The notes beneath the pieces were generated by a model. That model saw only the letters and a program-made list of their open reading frames with translations, did not search any database and had not been told where the DNA came from. A program made the translations under genes and the position numbers. DNA of 64,000 bases, from contig NC_068995.1 of assembly GCF_001194135.2 (NCBI RefSeq), positions 55,684,696-55,748,695 on the forward strand, given 5' to 3'. This DNA comes from Octopus bimaculoides (lineage: Eukaryota). Positions 52,136 through 64,000 of the stretch are shown one piece after another. Each line of letters starts with the position of its first letter. The stretch's first letter is position 1.

Positions 52136-52413
52136 ATGGGAAAATACTAATGGATTTCACTGTAGAGATTTCTGTAGAGAATTCGTGTGAAATCCACTGA
52201 AGGTTTCCTATCTAGTTTTGCCTTCTGTTGAGTGGCGAAGTCTGTTGCAATGGCTCTTTGCTGCCAGCGTATGCTGAGTTTATGTTCTGTTTTTCATTTC
52301 GTCCACGTTTTTTTTGTGACGTCCTGTACCCAGATATGCGTCTATATATATACATGTAGACGTAGGTATGTACATACATGTACGTACATATTCATATACT
52401 CACATATTATTTG

Positions 52414-52492
<79 letters not shown>

Positions 52493-52596
52493 TATATATG
52501 TATGTATATATTTACATATATACATATACATATATATACATATACATATATATATATACACACACACACATACACACACACACACTCACATACACG

Positions 52597-52684
<88 letters not shown>

Positions 52685-52907
52685 CATGCATTTATGTATT
52701 ATTAAAATACATATAAGCACATTAATACACACATCTCCTCTCTGCTACTATGTATGAGAAATATATGTAATTAAACTCCTGTTTTAATGTGTCAATTAGA
52801 TGCCTGCACAAGATATTTTTATATATACATATGAATGAGGGATTATTATCAACGTGTGTATGTGCACGCATAAATAGAAGCACACACACACACATACATA
52901 CACACAC

Positions 52908-52949
<42 letters not shown>

Positions 52950-54224
52950 TCGAACACATATTTGCATATATACATATATGACGAGGAGGTCGAGGTGGTG
53001 GTAGTAGAGAGAAGGAGGAGGAGAAGAAAGAGAAGGAAGAGGAGGAGAAAGAGGAGGAGGAGTAGGAGAAGAGGGCTGTCGACGGTGGTGACGATGATTA
53101 ATGCAGTACTGTATCTAAAGTTAAAGCCGCCACCATTCAGACTGTTGTTCACGGTCGGCTATTATAGAATCGATAAAAGTTTGGCAGAAATATTGAGAAA
53201 CAAGAAAGGAATAAAAAAAAAAAAAAACGAGAAAGCCAGTTTGTGAGTAAGAAATACGAAGGAAAACTCCGACAAGATTATGAGAATAGGGAGAGAAAGA
53301 GAGACGTGGAGAACGAGAGAGGGGTTTACCAGAGAAGTGGGAAAGAGAAGGGACGAAGCGTTGAATGGGACGAAGCGTTGAATGGGACTGTGAAGAGAAA
53401 TAAGGATTGATATAGAAATAGAAATGAGAGTTGAATGAAAAGTGAGAAGAGGAAAGGCTTCCAGCGGAACGAAACACATTTAACTGGGGAATTGTGATGG
53501 GTCGCGGAGCAGGGAAAATAAATTAGGACAAGAGAAATGAATGAATGGATGAAAGAGAAAGTGAAAGTACAAGAGGAAGGGGGAGGGGTAAAAGAGAGAG
53601 GAGTGAGATGAAGAGAGAGAGAATAAGAGGGAAATAAGGAATGAGGTAAAAAGGAAGAGAATGGGGTAAGAAAAAAGTGTAACGGGAAAGAAGGGGTTCA
53701 GAAGGAAGGCCAAGAGGCAAAGTAAGAGGAGGGACAAGTAACGAGCTTCGGCCGCATAAACTGCAGCACATTCTGCAACACCGACAGCAGCAGCAGCAGC
53801 AGCAGCAGCAGCACACAACAATAACCACTGATACTCTAACATCAGTAGCATCACAACTACCACCACCAACACCACCAGCAGCAGCACCACCACCAACACC
53901 ATCGCCATCTTCATCAACAGGTCTCAAGCAATCACCCTCCTCATTGTACGTCGATGGAGCCTTTACATGGTTACTCGATCTGCTAGAAATAGAAGTCAAA
54001 TCTCATTCTTATCACAACCTAACCGGTTTAAGTAGACAAAAACAACGACAACAACAACAATAACAACAAAGCAGTGAGGGCGCACCTTCACTCGTCCGGC
54101 TAGAAATAACAGCCAAATCTCGCTGCAATCACATCGTATATTTTGGTAAAGAGCACATTATCTAATTTAGTCTTAGATACACTGCGCCTAAATGAAAGGC
54201 AGGACAGTCGATTGTCATCATAGG

Positions 54225-54365
54225 TCCAGTCTATTGCCGAGGTTGACCTTGAATCTCATCCTTTCGGGGTCAATAATATATGAGTACCAATTGAGCACTG
54301 GCGTTGATGCGATCGACTTCCCCCTCCCCTCAAAAAGATTACTGGCCTTGTGCCAAAATTAGAAA
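54225..54365 (+). mobile_element. SINE family A lacking its head
   Basis: gccgaggttgaccttgaatctcatcctttcggggtcaataatatatgagtaccaattgagcactggcgttgatgcgatcgac...ggccttgtgccaaaattagaaa. Confidence 0.75.
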
Positions 54366-54771
54366 AAGAAAGAAAACAATAATAACATCATCATCATCTG
54401 CTATCTTCGGTATTATTTACACTTCTACCGTCATTATTAGTATCATCATCACCATCACTATCAAACAGGGCAATCTGTAAACAGCCGTTCAAAGATGCTA
54501 GAAATAGCTGCCAAATTTTCGTCAAAGCACACGCAGCCATCATTTTAAAGAGAGTACATTTGACAATGTAATCATAGGTACACTGTGTCAAGTAAAGGAA
54601 GGGATGTTGGAGGCCCGAGTGCCTTTTGTCATAAGTTTACTCGATCACGACTTACCTGGGGCTAAACAACATCACCATAACTAGCATCAACATCACTGAC
54701 GCCCATCATCCCGTCATCACCCCGCCATCATCGTCATCACCATTACTCCCAACAACGCCACCCTATCCAAC

Positions 54772-55020
54772 GGAGGAGCCTCTGCGTAGTCACTCGGTAT
54801 GCAAGGTAGAGCAACCCAACCTTCCTCAAATCATTTCTAATCGACATACCGAAATAAGGAAAGGACACAACGTGGACCTAGGCTCCTCGAAAAAGATGTT
54901 GGGACGGTCATGTCTTTGACCATCGGGGTTAAAAAGACGAGATGGCTACGTGTGAATGCTTTTAATCATAGATCTTCTCGATCCGGGTTGACCTGGGACT
55001 TAACAACAACAACAACAACA
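54772..55020 (+). mobile_element. SINE-like family C, near full length, (AAC)n tail
   Basis: ggaggagcctctgcgtagtcactcgg...aggaaaggacac...tttaatcatagatcttctcgatccgggttgacctgggacttaacaacaac; related copies at 54075-54225, 54460-54670, 20500-20690, 26095-26190. Confidence 0.65.
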
Positions 55021-55380
55021 CTAACAAACATATTAGGAACGGTGTTTTCTCTTCAAACACGCATTCAAGTTTAAGTTTCCTCGCTACCGTTTCGGTATAA
55101 ACCTAATATTATATGACGTCTTACACACAGAACATATGTTACAAATTCATATCTACGAAGTAAAAAAAAAAAAGAACCAATTTTGGTTTCCGTTTGATTT
55201 CTTTTACCGTTTCCTCATGTTAATCTATAATATTTTTCCGTTACTGTATTTTGCATATGCAACGTTTAACTATGAAAAGGAATCAACGACGCATTCTATT
55301 ATACACAACACAACATTTGTATTTATATATTTATACTATTTGCAAGACAATTTAACTGGAAAATATTCTAAATTGCTAAA

Positions 55381-55428
<48 letters not shown>

Positions 55429-56033
55429 TGCGTGCGTACATACATACATACATACATACATACATACATACATACATACATACATACNNNNNNNNNNNNN
55501 NNNNNNNNNNNNNNNNNNNNNNNNNNNNNNNNNNNNNNNNNNNNNNNNNNNNNNNNNNNNNNNNNNNNNNNNNNNNNNNNNNNNNNNNNNNNNNNNNNNN
55601 NNNNNNNNNNNNNNNNNNNNNNNNNNNNNNNNNNNNNNNNNNNNNNNNNNNNNNNNNNNNNNNNNNNNNNNNNNNNNNNNNNNNNNNNNNNNNNNNNNNN
55701 NNNNNNNNNNNNNNNNNNNNNNNNNNNNNNNNNNNNNNNNNNNNNNNNNNNNNNNNNNNNNNNNNNNNNNNNNNNNNNNNNNNNNNNNNNNNNNNNNNNN
55801 NNNNNNNNNNNNNNNNNNNNNNNNNNNNNNNNNNNNNNNNNNNNNNNNNNNNNNNNNNNNNNNNNNNNNNNNNNNNNNNNNNNNNNNNNNNNNNNNNNNN
55901 NNNNNNNNNNNNNNNNNNNNNNNNNNNNNNNNNNNNNNNNNNNNNNNNNNNNNNNNNNNNNNNNNNNNNNNNNNNNNNNNNNNNNNNNNNNNNNNNNNNN
56001 NNNNNNNNNNNNNNNNNNNNNNNNNNNNNNNNN

Positions 56034-56070
<37 letters not shown>

Positions 56071-56139
56071 ATTTCAAGTCGAATGACTCTGCAGACTGAG
56101 ATTGTTAATAAAATAGAAATAAGATTATAAAATTCTTTC

Positions 56140-56205
56140 TGTGTGACCCAGTGCCAAATGATCTACGGACCGGGTGCTGGCCCGCAGCCTGGTGAGAACC
56201 CCTGC
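56140..56205. mobile_element. hAT MITE terminus remnant
   Basis: ggaccgggtgctggcccgcagcctggtgagaacccctg resembles the MITE end at 49394-49406. Confidence 0.35.
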
Positions 56206-57540
56206 CTTAGGAGATTTATAAATAAAATACCAGTCGACTACTGAGACCATTTTCTTTTTCTTCCTCTCAGAATAGACTCTTTTATGGAGTTTTCTGTCGA
56301 TTCGCTAATACAAAAAAAGGGAAAGAATATTTAAAAAACCTGTCAATTTTGCTTTTTGTTATAGCGGGGTTTTTTTTTTTTGCCTTTTTTTAACAGTTTT
56401 GTCATATTTATATTGATATGTTATATATCAATAAATTAGAAGATATAAACCAATTCTTTTTCCTCTTTAGTTCTTTTATGATAATTCTTTCGACCTTCTT
56501 TGAGATCGAAGAAGTATCTAGAAGCCGTTAATAAATATGTCGCTTCGTGTGTTCTAGTGATTGAACAGAGTTTATATACATATATATATATTCATATGTA
56601 TTTTATAACATATTTTGTTAGATTTTATTTAGCAAATCCATAGATATCGAAATTGAACAAATTGGATTTACGCCTACACAACATTGGACGGTTTTTATTA
56701 CCGCCTCACATTTCATATGTATTTTTCTCAGCAAAGAATTATGCATCAATGAATATAAGCAATATATGGGTAATGTTTAATGTCTAGGTATTCGTGAGTG
56801 GGTCTGCGACTATGTGTGTGTGTGTGGTGGGGGTGTATACCGATATATAAGTATTTATTTATGCTAATTTATATTCTACGTAGACACATATAATATACCT
56901 GAATATTAACATTCGTATAAATATATTTGTGTGTGTGTATTACTGATATCAATACATTTTGGCTTTGTGTGTGCATATGTGTGTGTATGATAATTCCGAT
57001 ATCAAATTCCGTTGATTTTGACAAATTAAGTACCAGTGATATATACAGCTGCATTCTATTGACCGTTTCTCTTATCTCTGCATAACCTAGAGGTGTTGTC
57101 ACTCGTCAAAAAGTGTGCAAGAGGTTTCGCAGAATCGTTAGAACTCCGGAAAAAAATGCCTTGCTGTATTTCTCTGGCTTTTTGCGTTCTAAATTCAAAT
57201 TTGCCTTTCATTCTTAAGGGCCCAATAAACAAGGGGTCAGTCAAATTCTTACTTGACGGTATCGTTTAACCCTCTGCCCTCAGCTGACCTAAATCATAAT
57301 AATTATTTCTTGCTATTAGAATCGTGAAGGCATCGGACAAAAAATCTTACAGTATTTCTTTCAGTATTTTTTACATTCTGAGTTCGGGTCGCGTTAATGT
57401 CGACAATTTGGTCTTTCGTCTAAGCACGATCGATAAAATAATGAACCAGTCAAGTACTTGATCGATAGTATCGGCTAAACCACTTCCCTCAAAATGGCTG
57501 CTCTTGTGCCCAAATCAGCAATCATTATCATTTTATGTTG

Positions 57541-57700
57541 TAAGGCGGCAAACTAACAAAATCGTTAGCACGACGGACGAAATGCTTAGCAGCATTTCGT
57601 CCGTCTCTACGTTCAGAGAAGTGCCAGTCAAACTTTGCGATCGATGATATAGAAGAATCCCTGCTCTCAAAACTATTGGCCTTGTGCCTAATTAGAAACC
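57541..57700 (+). mobile_element. SINE family A, degenerate
   Basis: aaggcggcaaactaacaaaatcgttagcacgacggacgaaatgcttagcagcatttcgtcc...ggccttgtgcctaattagaaa. Confidence 0.7.
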
Positions 57701-58196
57701 ATTTTACATTCTAAAACTCATTATGAATAAAATATACAACATCTGGCTGTCACTTGAGCAGTGTTCATGTATCTGCTTTTGTTGTGTCCTTCCGGGTGAG
57801 TCGTTGGATCGATAAAATATGTACCATGCATACATCATTACAATTAAACAAGTTTATCCAATTATAACCCTCCATTACGAATTTCATGTCTTGTGCCAAT
57901 GTAAGAAATCAATTTTATAGCATCTGACCACAGATCTTATTTAAAGTCGCATTATGAATCGAAACATCCTGGAAGTATGCCTGAAAATGCGGAAGATTTT
58001 TGCTTCCTTTCGTTTTTGTTTTTCTTATTCGGGTCAGCCTTTAATGAACAGGTGTATGATTAAAGGTGTTTAAGCCGTGACCATTTTAACTTCTTTTGGA
58101 ATGGACAGTGTATCTAGGATTGTATCATCCAGTGTGACCTATAAGGCTGTGGTGCATTATTAGAGAGCGATTTGTCTGTTATATCTGACAGTCTGA

Positions 58197-58534
58197 GTGG
58201 CTGTGTGGTAAGTAGCTTGCTTACCAATCACATGATTCCGGGTTCATTCCCACTGCGGGGCACCTTGGGCAAGTGTCTTCTGCTATAGCCTCGGGCCGAC
58301 CAAAGCCTTGTGAGTGAATTTGGTAGACGGAAACTGAAAGAAGCCCGTCGAATATATGTATATATATGTGTATGTGTGTGTATATGTTTGTGTGTCTGTG
58401 TTTGTCCCCCCCCCAACATCGCTTGACAATCGATGGTGGTGTCCCCATAACTTAGCGGTTCGGCAAAAGAGACCGATAGAATAAGTACTAGGCTTCCAAA
58501 GAATAAGTCTTAGGGTCGATTTGCACTATGAAGG
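58197..58534 (+). mobile_element. SINE family B with intact tRNA-like head
   Basis: gtggctgtgtggtaagtagc...ccgggttcattccc (B-box-like), gcaccttgggcaagtgtcttct (resembles the start of the CORE domain), body shared with 30248-30626. Confidence 0.9.
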
Positions 58535-58989
58535 TAAACATAGTCAGTAATCTCTTGACAACCATCATGCTTGCTTTCATTTAATTAAATATGTACATTA
58601 TTGACTTGTTTGTTATTTTTCTTGTTTTATTGTTGTTCTGCTGTTTTGTTTATGTCCCTTTCTATGTGTCTCTGATCTCCATCCTTAACCTGTGTTTCTT
58701 TATTTGTGCATTTCTTTCGTCGTATGTTTGTTTGTTTGCTAGAAAAGAACTTCAAATAATTCCAATTTTCATAACTAAATTTCACTAACTTGTTTGTCTA
58801 AAATGTTTCAACTAAAATTAGCTTAAAATTAGAAAAATTCCTCAACAAATATTTTCTTGTTTGTCATACAAACACGAAGAGGAACAGAAAAAAGACAACT
58901 TTCAATCAAAACCTTGTGAGAAAATCAAACTTTACCACAAGCAATTTACAGTACAGTTGTCTATATTTGTACTGTAATCATCTTCTATG

Positions 58990-59003
58990 GTTACTATGGC
59001 AAC
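58990..59003. promoter_or_regulatory. Consensus RFX X-box
   Basis: GTTACTATGGCAAC in non-repetitive sequence. Confidence 0.45.
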
Positions 59004-59651
59004 CTGTTGTTCAGCCTCTTAGCTGACCAACATTAAAACCATCCACAAAGGACTCATTTTCGATCAGTAACCACGCCAAAACTTAATACAATAATTAAAT
59101 ACGCCCTAAGTTTTGTTTTATTTCTCTTCTTGGTTTTGTCGCTTCTCATTAGGGATTTTTGTGCTCACTGGGAATATCTGCTGCTTGAATTTGTCTTCCT
59201 TTGTCTATCGTTAGCTTCCTCTTCTCGTTCTCTATCGTTTCTCCCTCTTCAACTCCGTCTTTATCCACCAACTCGCCCTTTTACTACTCATTGTTTCTCT
59301 TTCACCCTCTTTCTCTCTCTCTCTCTCTTTCTCTCTCTCACTCTCTCTCTCTCGGTCTCTCATGCACACACATACACACATACAGGCATACGCACATATA
59401 CAAGCATACATACATGCATATATACATACATACAAACACACACATACAAATACACACACACACACACAGTCACATACATATTCAAGCTTCTCAATATCTC
59501 TTTTATTCACTCTCGTCTTCGGTTCTCGTTTTCCTCCCCTCTCTCTCTCTCTTTCTCTCTCTCTCTTACTACTTTCTCTCTATCTCTATCTGTTTCTCTC
59601 TCACTTCCTCTCCCTTCCTCACTTCATCTCTCAATATATATCTTCCTCTCC

Positions 59652-59722
<71 letters not shown>

Positions 59723-61844
59723 TCCACTTTTTCTTTTCTGTTTTATTTCCATTTTTGCTTTTTCTTTTTTTGTAATTGTTTTCTTTTTCGTTCCTCTTTT
59801 CAAACTTCCCTTTTTAATATAACCCCCTCTTAATATTTCCCCATCTTCTTGTACGCTGTAAAACGTTTCAATTTTCAGAATTTCCACTTCAGCAGACATC
59901 AATATTCCTAATCCGAACTTAATATTATTAACACACGCAGCAAAAGACGATGGCTAGAAAAATCTCAAGAGCAAACCACACAAAACGTCTTTACAGTATT
60001 TAGTTAATGGCCGACCTTTTACAATTGAAATCCAAATCCCTCAGGAATCGACTTTGCATTTCTCTTCATTCTACCGAGATCGATAAAATAAGTAACAGTC
60101 AGATGATGGGAATGGAGTTGATTAAATAGACTACAGTCCTATTTTTCTGGCTTTGTGTCAAATATAAAAATCATTAAAACACACAAAACAGATTCGATAA
60201 AGCGCCGAACATTAGAGTGTACAGAGCTATGTACCTTTACAATGGGGATTCAAAGCTTGCTGTGATCGACTTTGCATTTCACTAAGAGATCGATAAAATA
60301 AGAATCTTTTATATAGATGGGAGGGGTTTCTCTTCAATTGATTACATCCCTCCTTTACATATTTGAAGATTTGCACCAAATTTAGAAATCAGCTTTATCA
60401 AAACACTGGACTCAATCTTGTATCGATTATCCAATCTGATAATGAATCAATATTGATGCCAAACTTTGGCACAAGGCCACATATTTCCGCTGGAAAAGGG
60501 GTCGATTGAATCAACCCAAGTTCTTGATCGGTATTAAATTTATCGTCTACGATAGGATGAAATCAAAACAGTACGACTAATCACAAGGCCTGTCTGTAGA
60601 TCGGCAGAATCGATAGAGCGCCGGACAGAATATCATGTGACCTTTAATTACGTCCCATCGCGTCCAGAGTTCAAATCTGATTAGGGATTACTCAGCTGTT
60701 CACCTAGGATTCATAAAATAAATACTTAGTAAAGTATTGGGTGTCGATGCAGTCAACCATATCCTCCCTCCCTCCCTCCCCTAAAACAAATAATAGCCTT
60801 GNNNNNNNNNNNNNNNNNNNNNNNNNNNNNNNNNNNNNNNNNNNNNNNNNNNNNNNNNNNNNNNNNNNNNNNNNNNNNNNNNNNNNNNNNNNNNNNNNNN
60901 NNNNNNNNNNNNNNNNNNNNNNNNNNNNNNNNNNNNNNNNNNNNNNNNNNNNNNNNNNNNNNNNNNNNNNNNNNNNNNNNNNNNNNNNNNNNNNNNNNNN
61001 NNNNNNNNNNNNNNNNNNNNNNNNNNNNNNNNNNNNNNNNNNNNNNNNNNNNNNNNNNNNNNNNNNNNNNNNNNNNNNNNNNNNNNNNNNNNNNNNNNNN
61101 NNNNNNNNNNNNNNNNNNNNNNNNNNNNNNNNNNNNNNNNNNNNNNNNNNNNNNNNNNNNNNNNNNNNNNNNNNNNNNNNNNNNNNNNNNNNNNNNNNNN
61201 NNNNNNNNNNNNNNNNNNNNNNNNNNNNNNNNNNNNNNNNNNNNNNNNNNNNNNNNNNNNNNNNNNNNNNNNNNNNNNNNNNNNNNNNNNNNNNNNNNNN
61301 NNNNNNNNNNNNNNNNNNNNNNNNNNNNNNNNNNNNNNNNNNNNNNNNNNNNNNNNNNNNNNNNNNNNNNNNNNNNNNNNNNNNNNNNNNNNNNNNNNNN
61401 NNNNNNNNNNNNNNNNNNNNNNNNNNNNNNNNNNNNNNNNNNNNNNNNNNNNNNNNNNNNNNNNNNNNNNNNNNNNNNNNNNNNNNNNNNNNNNNNNNNN
61501 NNNNNNNNNNNNNNNNNNNNNNNNNNNNNNNNNNNNNNNNNNNNNNNNNNNNNNNNNNNNNNNNNNNNNNNNNNNNNNNNNNNNNNNNNNNNNNNNNNNN
61601 NNNNNNNNNNNNNNNNNNNNNNNNNNNNNNNNNNNNNNNNNNNNNNNNNNNNNNNNNNNNNNNNNNNNNNNNNNNNNNNNNNNNNNNNNNNNNNNNNNNN
61701 NNNNNNNNNNNNNNNNNNNNNNNNCTACAATAGATGTAAAGCATTTGAAGCTCGAAGAATTGAACAATCTATCTTGAAACGAGTCATTGGACTGCGGTCA
61801 TACTGCAACAAGTAAAAGATGAAAGATTACTTATCTTAGGAATT

Positions 61845-61960
61845 GCTGTCGTCGTTGTCAACGTCGTCGTCATCGTCGTCACCGTCATCGTCGTCGTCGT
61901 CGTCGTCATCGTCATCGTCGTCGTCGTCGTCATCGTCATCGTCGTCATCGTCGTCGTTGC
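61845..61960. repeat. Compound (TCG/TCA)n trinucleotide array
   Basis: Directly visible. Confidence 0.9.
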
Positions 61961-61964
61961 TGTC

Positions 61965-62165
61965 TTGATCGGGCAGACCCAGGATCAAAGACATCTCGTC
62001 TTTTTGTTCTTTGTTTCCGTTGTCTTTTTTTTATCCCCGACTGCGTGTATCTTGGAATATATTATACCATGTGCTACTCACCTTCTTAAGACAGCAGGCT
62101 ATGGATACGCGAGAGATTCTGCTGCTCTTTCTACCAACAAGATAACCGACCTCGTAGAGACTCGT
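61965..62165 (-). mobile_element. SINE-like family C, degenerate
   Basis: cttgatcgggcagacccaggatcaaagacat...gtgtatcttggaatatattat...gctgctctttctaccaac is the reverse of the 54772-55020 layout. Confidence 0.5.
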
Positions 62166-63184
62166 TTGTTGGCGTTCGTTCAGAACATCTAAACCTGGTC
62201 GGCAGCACATTTGGTGCATTTCAAAGGAAATCTTTTTTGTTCTAAATCGATATCAAAATTATTAGATCGTTACACCACTTTCTTCTCTTTTTTTCCTTCT
62301 TTTCTTTCTTTCCTTTCCTTGTTATTCTCTCCCCTTTATGTAAATTAATACATTAATGCTACAAAAAAGCAATTTTCAAAAAAGGGCTTTGCGCCATTGT
62401 ATTTTTTACATTTTTTTTTTCTTTTTTGTCAGCCTTTTTTTTTAAATCCTTTATATTCGTTTAATAAATGCTGGGAAACATCGTGGAGCTTAAAGACAAA
62501 AACTGCAACCTTATAGATTTTCATATCTTTTGTTTTACGCAATTAACACATACTAAGAAAAATGCATGTTCTTCATCTCAACGATAATTCCTGGCTTTGC
62601 TATTTTCGCAGCTTCTTTTGTTTAAATAAAAAACAGAAAAAAAAACAATTCAATTACATGACTTTCATTTTTTATATACTTTTTTTTATATGAAAATAAC
62701 AAAAGAAAATCGACAGAAAAAAAGCCAAACAAGAACTCTCTTTGTATATATATAATTACGAACAGTATTCCAGATTAACTCCAGCTGCTTGTGCACGCGC
62801 GCGTGTATGTATGTGTGTCTGTGTGTATTTATATATATACACATAAATGTATATGTATATGTGTATGTATGTTTATATATATATACATATATATATATAT
62901 TATATATATAGATATAGATATAGATATAGATATAGCTGGGGTGTAGGAAGCTTTAAGCCCATGTTTGTCTCTATGTGTTCGTTTGTGAATGTTTTGTACC
63001 GTTGCACGTATTTTCAGAAAACTCATGCCGCTTTGCAGCATTTTAGAGACATTGATAGAATCCTTGCTCAGTTCGCCTACCATAGTCTCGTTTCATCATT
63101 TTTCACAACACCCACAAACCTGTTCTGAGTTTTTTCACCTCCAAAACCGGAAAGCAGTCACCTTATTTTTTTCCAAACTGGCTC

Positions 63185-63252
63185 TCTCTGAAGAGCATAC
63201 GGTATTACTTAACATCTGGTTTTAGTACTCAGTGCGAAACCAATTGGTAAGA
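63185..63252 (+). ncRNA. Type-I hammerhead ribozyme candidate with intact catalytic core
   Basis: tct CTGAAGA GCAT...GTGC GAAA CC aatt GG TA aga: all core nucleotides present, G10.1-C11.1, extended stem II, 10-nt palindromic stem III, GUA triplet, 3-bp stem I. Confidence 0.7.
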
Positions 63253-63334
63253 TTGGCTGTAATGGATCTATAATACTTTATACTTTGATCAATATTTATC
63301 CCTATAATACATATATGAAAATATATATGTATAT

Positions 63335-63377
<43 letters not shown>

Positions 63378-64000
63378 CCGCATTTGCATACATACATACA
63401 CACACACGCACACACATACATGCATCGTTACTGATATGTCCACGTGTGTCTGTGCACAAGCGCATATATTCTATATACATATGTGAATATATTATATATA
63501 TAATATAATATATAACATATATGTATATATATAATACAAGAGAAAGAGGAAGGGGAGAGTAGAGAGAGAGAGAGAGAGCTACGTTTATAAAGTCTGTGTT
63601 TATCTCAAAAGCATTCAGTTAAAAATCATGCCAACGGGTGTATTTATTTATATTTGACACATTTTAATGAGCAGAAGTTTTCTTTTGTTGAACCCACTTC
63701 AGTAAAGAAAGAAAGAAAGCTTTATAATTGATATTATTATTACTGTTATTGCTATTATTTCCTATACTAAATGTTGTGTTAGCGACATCAGATACAATTA
63801 TTATTTTTTTTTTTTTGCCAATAAAAATTTTTATTTAGCAATTTTCTTTTTTCTTTTTTTTTTACTTTTACCAGGAAGAAAAAAAGACATTAAAATTTAT
63901 AAAGAATCAAATTATCGAGAGAGAGGGTAACAAAATGCAGAACTAGCTCACCAAGGAAATAAAAGGAAAAAAGAAAAAGAGGGAGAGGGTTAAGTAGCAG

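Noticed and set aside
53683-54063. Stop-free plus frame encoding poly-Q/P-rich peptide (ELRPHKLQHILQHRQQQQ...)
   Set aside because: No ATG or acceptor; built from CAG/CAC/CAA microsatellites and a SINE C fragment.
55080-55115. Minus-strand GGT-TTAT-ACC-GAAAC-GGTA resembling a hammerhead 3' half
   Set aside because: No CUGANGA upstream.
19-61815. Long ORF-track entries (up to 409 aa) containing X runs or HT/CV/IY/SL/ER repeats
   Set aside because: Artifacts of N-gaps and microsatellites; no coding information.
1-64000. Conserved bilaterian miRNAs (let-7, miR-1, -7, -9, -10, -33, -124, -133, bantam, etc.)
   Set aside because: Checked by eye from memory; only short partial matches without hairpin context. 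A computational search is needed to exclude them fully.

Overview
Repeat-rich, AT-rich metazoan genomic DNA from a draft assembly with 14 N-gaps, most flanked by microsatellites. The SINE families and extreme microsatellite density suggest a cephalopod, probably Octopus (inference from recalled repeat sequences; no database search run). Almost the whole ORF track is noise from microsatellites and gaps. Supported content: (1) the probable last two coding exons of a plus-strand gene (483-524 and 1594-1631, AATAAA at 1768); (2) decayed retroelements of four kinds: a CR1/L2-group RT fragment, RTE RT and 5'UTR fragments, a HERO/NeSL-type restriction-like-endonuclease 3' end, and several Penelope-like element (PLE) remnants; (3) many copies of at least four SINE-like families; (4) hAT MITEs, one with a perfect 8-bp TSD; (5) consensus regulatory motifs (DR1, two RFX X-boxes, CRE/CCAAT). 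The most interesting signal is a set of dispersed type-I hammerhead ribozyme motifs (63185-63252 +, 34867-34902 +, 15324-15367 -, plus degenerate copies) with the palindromic stem III typical of PLE-associated dimeric hammerheads; one lies on the same strand about 200 bp 5' of a PLE GIY-YIG remnant. Several long unexplained hairpins also occur (366-444, 2461-2537, 13547-13582, 48138-48243). No intact TE ORF, tRNA, rRNA or CRISPR array was found.
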